From sequence record MN655998.1: a DNA stretch of 64,000 nucleotides, one strand, 5' to 3'. This DNA is from Escherichia phage E26. Position 1 is the first letter of the stretch, and each line of letters begins with the position of its first letter. The notes under the pieces were generated by a model. The model was not told the origin of the DNA, searched no databases, and worked only from the letters and a program-made list of their open reading frames with translations. The translations under genes were made by a program, and so were the position numbers. Shown in pieces: positions 61,834 through 64,000 of the stretch.

Positions 61834-62634
61834 TTAACCCTTCTTATATTCGCAAACATATTGAGTACCATAATCATAGCTAATGCGACCTTTCTCGATG
61901 ACTTCAAAGCGGATTTCATCGTTTTCCCCTACCCACATTTTGTACTCGTTGAAGTATCCTGCTACATCCGGTTTGCTCATACCAACAACCATATTTTTAT
62001 ATTGTTTGCTGCGTGTCAGATTTGATTTAAACACTTCGCGCTCATCAACATATACGAAAGAAGACAATTCACCTTCGGTCATGGTCATTTTCAGCTTGCC
62101 GCCCTTGTTGCCATAAGTAGAGTTGCCATACAATGGATCTTTGCGGCTGTCTGTTTCAATACCATCAATGATTTTCCATGTAAATTTTGCAATGCACTGA
62201 TAAGTGATAGATCCAGAGATTTTCTCTTCTTTCTTCTGTTCTTCCACCACTTTTTCTTCCTGTTTCGGTTGTTCTTCGTCAACCTTCACAGAAGTCTCTG
62301 AATCGCTTTCTGATGCGGTTTCTTCTTTAGGTAATACATTCATCAAGTTTTGGATTTGAGCGTTATATACAGCCTCCAGTGGCTGGATCTGCCCGATATT
62401 GATCATTGTATCACGAACAGTTTTATTCCAGTTGCGTTGCTCTTGTTTAAGAGACGGATCAATCTTAACAGCCTTAACATACACTTCATGAAGTTTAGAA
62501 TCCAGTGCGGAGATTGACTCATTAGCACAAATAAACTTCTCTGATTTGGTAGTAGCTTTAGCGCAATCGAAGGAAGCAGCATTAGCACCGAAAGCAGTAG
62601 CAGAAAGAACGATAGCAGCGATAATGTTTTTCAT
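61834..62634 (-). CDS. secreted DUF1311/LprI-like protein
   Basis: 266 aa; signal peptide MKNIIAAIVLSATAFGANA; FDCAKATTKSEKFICANESISALDSKLHEVY...QRNW pattern typical of DUF1311. Confidence 0.55.
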   Translation of the reverse strand: MKNIIAAIVLSATAFGANAASFDCAKATTKSEKFICANESISALDSKLHEVYVKAVKIDPSLKQEQRNWNKTVRDTMINIGQIQPLEAVYNAQIQNLMNVLPKEETASESDSETSVKVDEEQPKQEEKVVEEQKKEEKISGSITYQCIAKFTWKIIDGIETDSRKDPLYGNSTYGNKGGKLKMTMTEGELSSFVYVDEREVFKSNLTRSKQYKNMVVGMSKPDVAGYFNEYKMWVGENDEIRFEVIEKGRISYDYGTQYVCEYKKG

Positions 62635-62667
62635 AATATATTCCTCAATGTTTTTCTTGATGGGAGT

Positions 62668-62696
62668 ATCTTACTACTCCCTTAATCCGGTGTCAA
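62668..62696 (-). promoter_or_regulatory. PeSL-like early promoter cassette 19
   Basis: TTGACA-N17-TAAGAT; palindrome GGGAGTA..TACTCCC. Confidence 0.5.
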
Positions 62697-62703
62697 CTAC
62701 TTT

Positions 62704-62859
62704 TTAAATTTCTTCTACAGTAAAGTCTTCAATGTTGTTGTGCTCGGAGAACGTTGCTAGACCAGCATCCCATGCATCATCCTCAGAGAAGAATACACCG
62801 TAACGTTCATATCCTTTAGCGCCTTCAAATTTAACCATTAATTTGTGAGTATGTTTCAT
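62704..62859 (-). CDS. small hypothetical protein (51 aa from internal Met MKHTHKLM)
   Basis: Track N-terminus is read-through of the promoter cassette leader. Confidence 0.4.
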   Translation of the reverse strand: MKHTHKLMVKFEGAKGYERYGVFFSEDDAWDAGLATFSEHNNIEDFTVEEI

Positions 62860-62890
62860 TTTGATTCTCCTTCGTTGTCTTGATGAGTTT

Positions 62891-62919
62891 AGTATAGGGG
62901 ATCGCCGATCCCCTGTCAA
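62891..62919 (-). promoter_or_regulatory. PeSL-like early promoter cassette 20
   Basis: TTGACA-GGGGATCGGCGATCCCC-TATACT. Confidence 0.55.
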
Positions 62920-62931
62920 CTATTTTTTAAA

Positions 62932-63192
62932 TTATTTTCGCCATTCACCGGAAACAATGAAGTTTGTAAAGTGATTGTGGTCCGTGATAATGTCATTAAG
63001 TACCATATGCGGATATGCTTTAGTGTAATCACGTTTACGATCAGTCATCCAGCCAACGAAAGTCGGTGCAAAGTACGGCACACCGTCAGACGATGCCATA
63101 TTAAACCCTTTATCAACCATAAATGCAGCCGCCCGAAGATTTTTAATTGAAGTAGTGCGACTAATTTCAAAAACTTTATCGGTAAAATTCAT
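62932..63192 (-). CDS. hypothetical protein
   Basis: ORF track 86 aa. Confidence 0.45.
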   Translation of the reverse strand: MNFTDKVFEISRTTSIKNLRAAAFMVDKGFNMASSDGVPYFAPTFVGWMTDRKRDYTKAYPHMVLNDIITDHNHFTNFIVSGEWRK

Positions 63193-63404
63193 TTTAAGCC
63201 CCCCGCTCGTGCATTAATACGCATTTTCTGCATAGCCATAATCTGGCGTACTGCTTCTTCTTTGCGTTCTTGTGTGATAACGTGACCAGATTCCGCAAAC
63301 TCTCCAGCGACCTCTTCCACGATCTCGCGAACTTGAGAACGTCCAAAGATGCGGTTTCCTTCGTAGCTCATAAATTCAGTCACTACTTGCTCAATAGATT
63401 TCAT
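63189..63404 (-). CDS. hypothetical protein
   Basis: ORF track 71 aa; SD GGAGAATCAC. Confidence 0.5.
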   Translation of the reverse strand: MKSIEQVVTEFMSYEGNRIFGRSQVREIVEEVAGEFAESGHVITQERKEEAVRQIMAMQKMRINARAGGLK

Positions 63405-63433
63405 GTGATTCTCCTTTCGTCTGGTATGGGAGT

Positions 63434-63462
63434 ATATTACTACTCCCGTTTCTTTACGTCAA
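63434..63462 (-). promoter_or_regulatory. PeSL-like early promoter cassette 21
   Basis: TTGACG-N17-TAATAT; palindrome GGGAGTA..TACTCCC. Confidence 0.5.
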
Positions 63463-63469
63463 CTGGTTT

Positions 63470-63712
63470 TTAGAAATTTTTCGCTTCTTCTTCGGTCATC
63501 ATAACCGCGCATTCGTGCATAACTTTGAAAACCGGATCAATCATGTCGAATGCTTCGCGAGACAGTTTACGAGAAGCGATTTTGATTGCTTCAACGTCTT
63601 CTACTACAGGAACAAAAACAGTTTTCAGTTCATCGAGCACGGCAGCTTCTTTTTCATTCAGGAAGATTCCAGCGTCGTACAGTGCAACTTCGATAACATT
63701 AACTTTAACCAT
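63470..63712 (-). CDS. hypothetical protein (start at internal Met MVKVNVIEV)
   Basis: Track N-terminal extension overlaps the promoter cassette. Confidence 0.45.
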   Translation of the reverse strand: MVKVNVIEVALYDAGIFLNEKEAAVLDELKTVFVPVVEDVEAIKIASRKLSREAFDMIDPVFKVMHECAVMMTEEEAKNF

Positions 63713-63746
63713 TTTTATTTCCTCCAGTTCGCTTCGGTATGTTAGT

Positions 63747-63775
63747 ATAATACTACCGATGACCTTTGGTGTCAA
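63747..63775 (-). promoter_or_regulatory. PeSL-like early promoter cassette 22
   Basis: TTGACA-N17-TATTAT. Confidence 0.45.
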
Positions 63776-63985
63776 CTAGTTTTTGTTATTTTCGTGAAAA
63801 TTTTTCGTCTCCTCTAGGTTCTTTTCGACCTTCATCCATTCCGCGTATTCTTGCGCGGCTACTTTCGGATTTAGTCCGTCTTCGTACATTGCTTCAAGTA
63901 ATTCTTCGTCGGTGGGCTTATACCCTAGATAAGCCTCCACCTGATTTTTCCAAATTTTATACCAGTTCATATTATCACCAATCAA
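63776..63985 (-). CDS. small hypothetical protein
   Basis: ORF track 69 aa; its upstream region runs off the window. Confidence 0.4.
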   Translation of the reverse strand: MIGDNMNWYKIWKNQVEAYLGYKPTDEELLEAMYEDGLNPKVAAQEYAEWMKVEKNLEETKNFHENNKN

Positions 63986-64000
63986 GAGCGCGTGTCTCTG

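Noticed and set aside
59590-63985. Looked for asiA, motA and a gp38-like gene among the small ORFs after holin t
   Set aside because: None of the small ORFs resemble the T4 AsiA sequence as I recall it, and no MotA-sized HTH protein is present. The absence cannot be confirmed from one window, so no call is made.
1-64000. tRNA genes, rRNA genes and CRISPR arrays
   Set aside because: No cloverleaf-like segments with conserved T-loop motifs were noticed and there are no regularly spaced direct repeats with unique spacers; the repeated elements present are promoter cassettes with non-uniform spacing.

Overview
This window is a T4-type (Tevenvirinae-like) myovirus genome segment, syntenic with the T4 map from gene 24 to holin t. 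Calls rest on manual motif comparison with remembered T4 proteins and on reading the sequence; no database search was run. Plus-strand late genes: gp24, uvsW, uvsW.1, baseplate hub genes 51-27-28-29-48-54, long tail fibre genes 34-35-36-37 and t, several behind TATAAATA late promoters. Minus-strand early genes: hoc, uvsY, 25, 26, alt, 30, 31, cd, pseT, rnlA, denA, nrdB, nrdA, td, frd, 32, 59, 33, dsbA, rnh. Between the conserved genes are plastic regions of small ORFs, each flanked by a repeated sigma70-like promoter cassette with a palindromic spacer (at least 22 copies, PeSL-like as in RB49-group phages). The largest plastic region (19.5-27.9 kb, between alt and gene 30) holds a six-member paralogous His-motif family, duplicated small ORFs and a three-gene module (C5-methyltransferase-like, Zn-ribbon, DUF262/ParB-like), which is the best candidate for an undescribed system. 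Other accessory genes include an Alt-like ADP-ribosyltransferase paralog coupled to a lipoprotein, a NADAR/YbiA-like gene, a CYTH-like gene, a HAD-like phosphatase, a DUF1311/LprI-like secreted protein, three freestanding HNH endonucleases and a thymidylate synthase with a large in-frame insertion. No tRNA, rRNA or CRISPR array was seen. Coordinates of ORFs shorter than 60 aa come from manual translation and are approximate.
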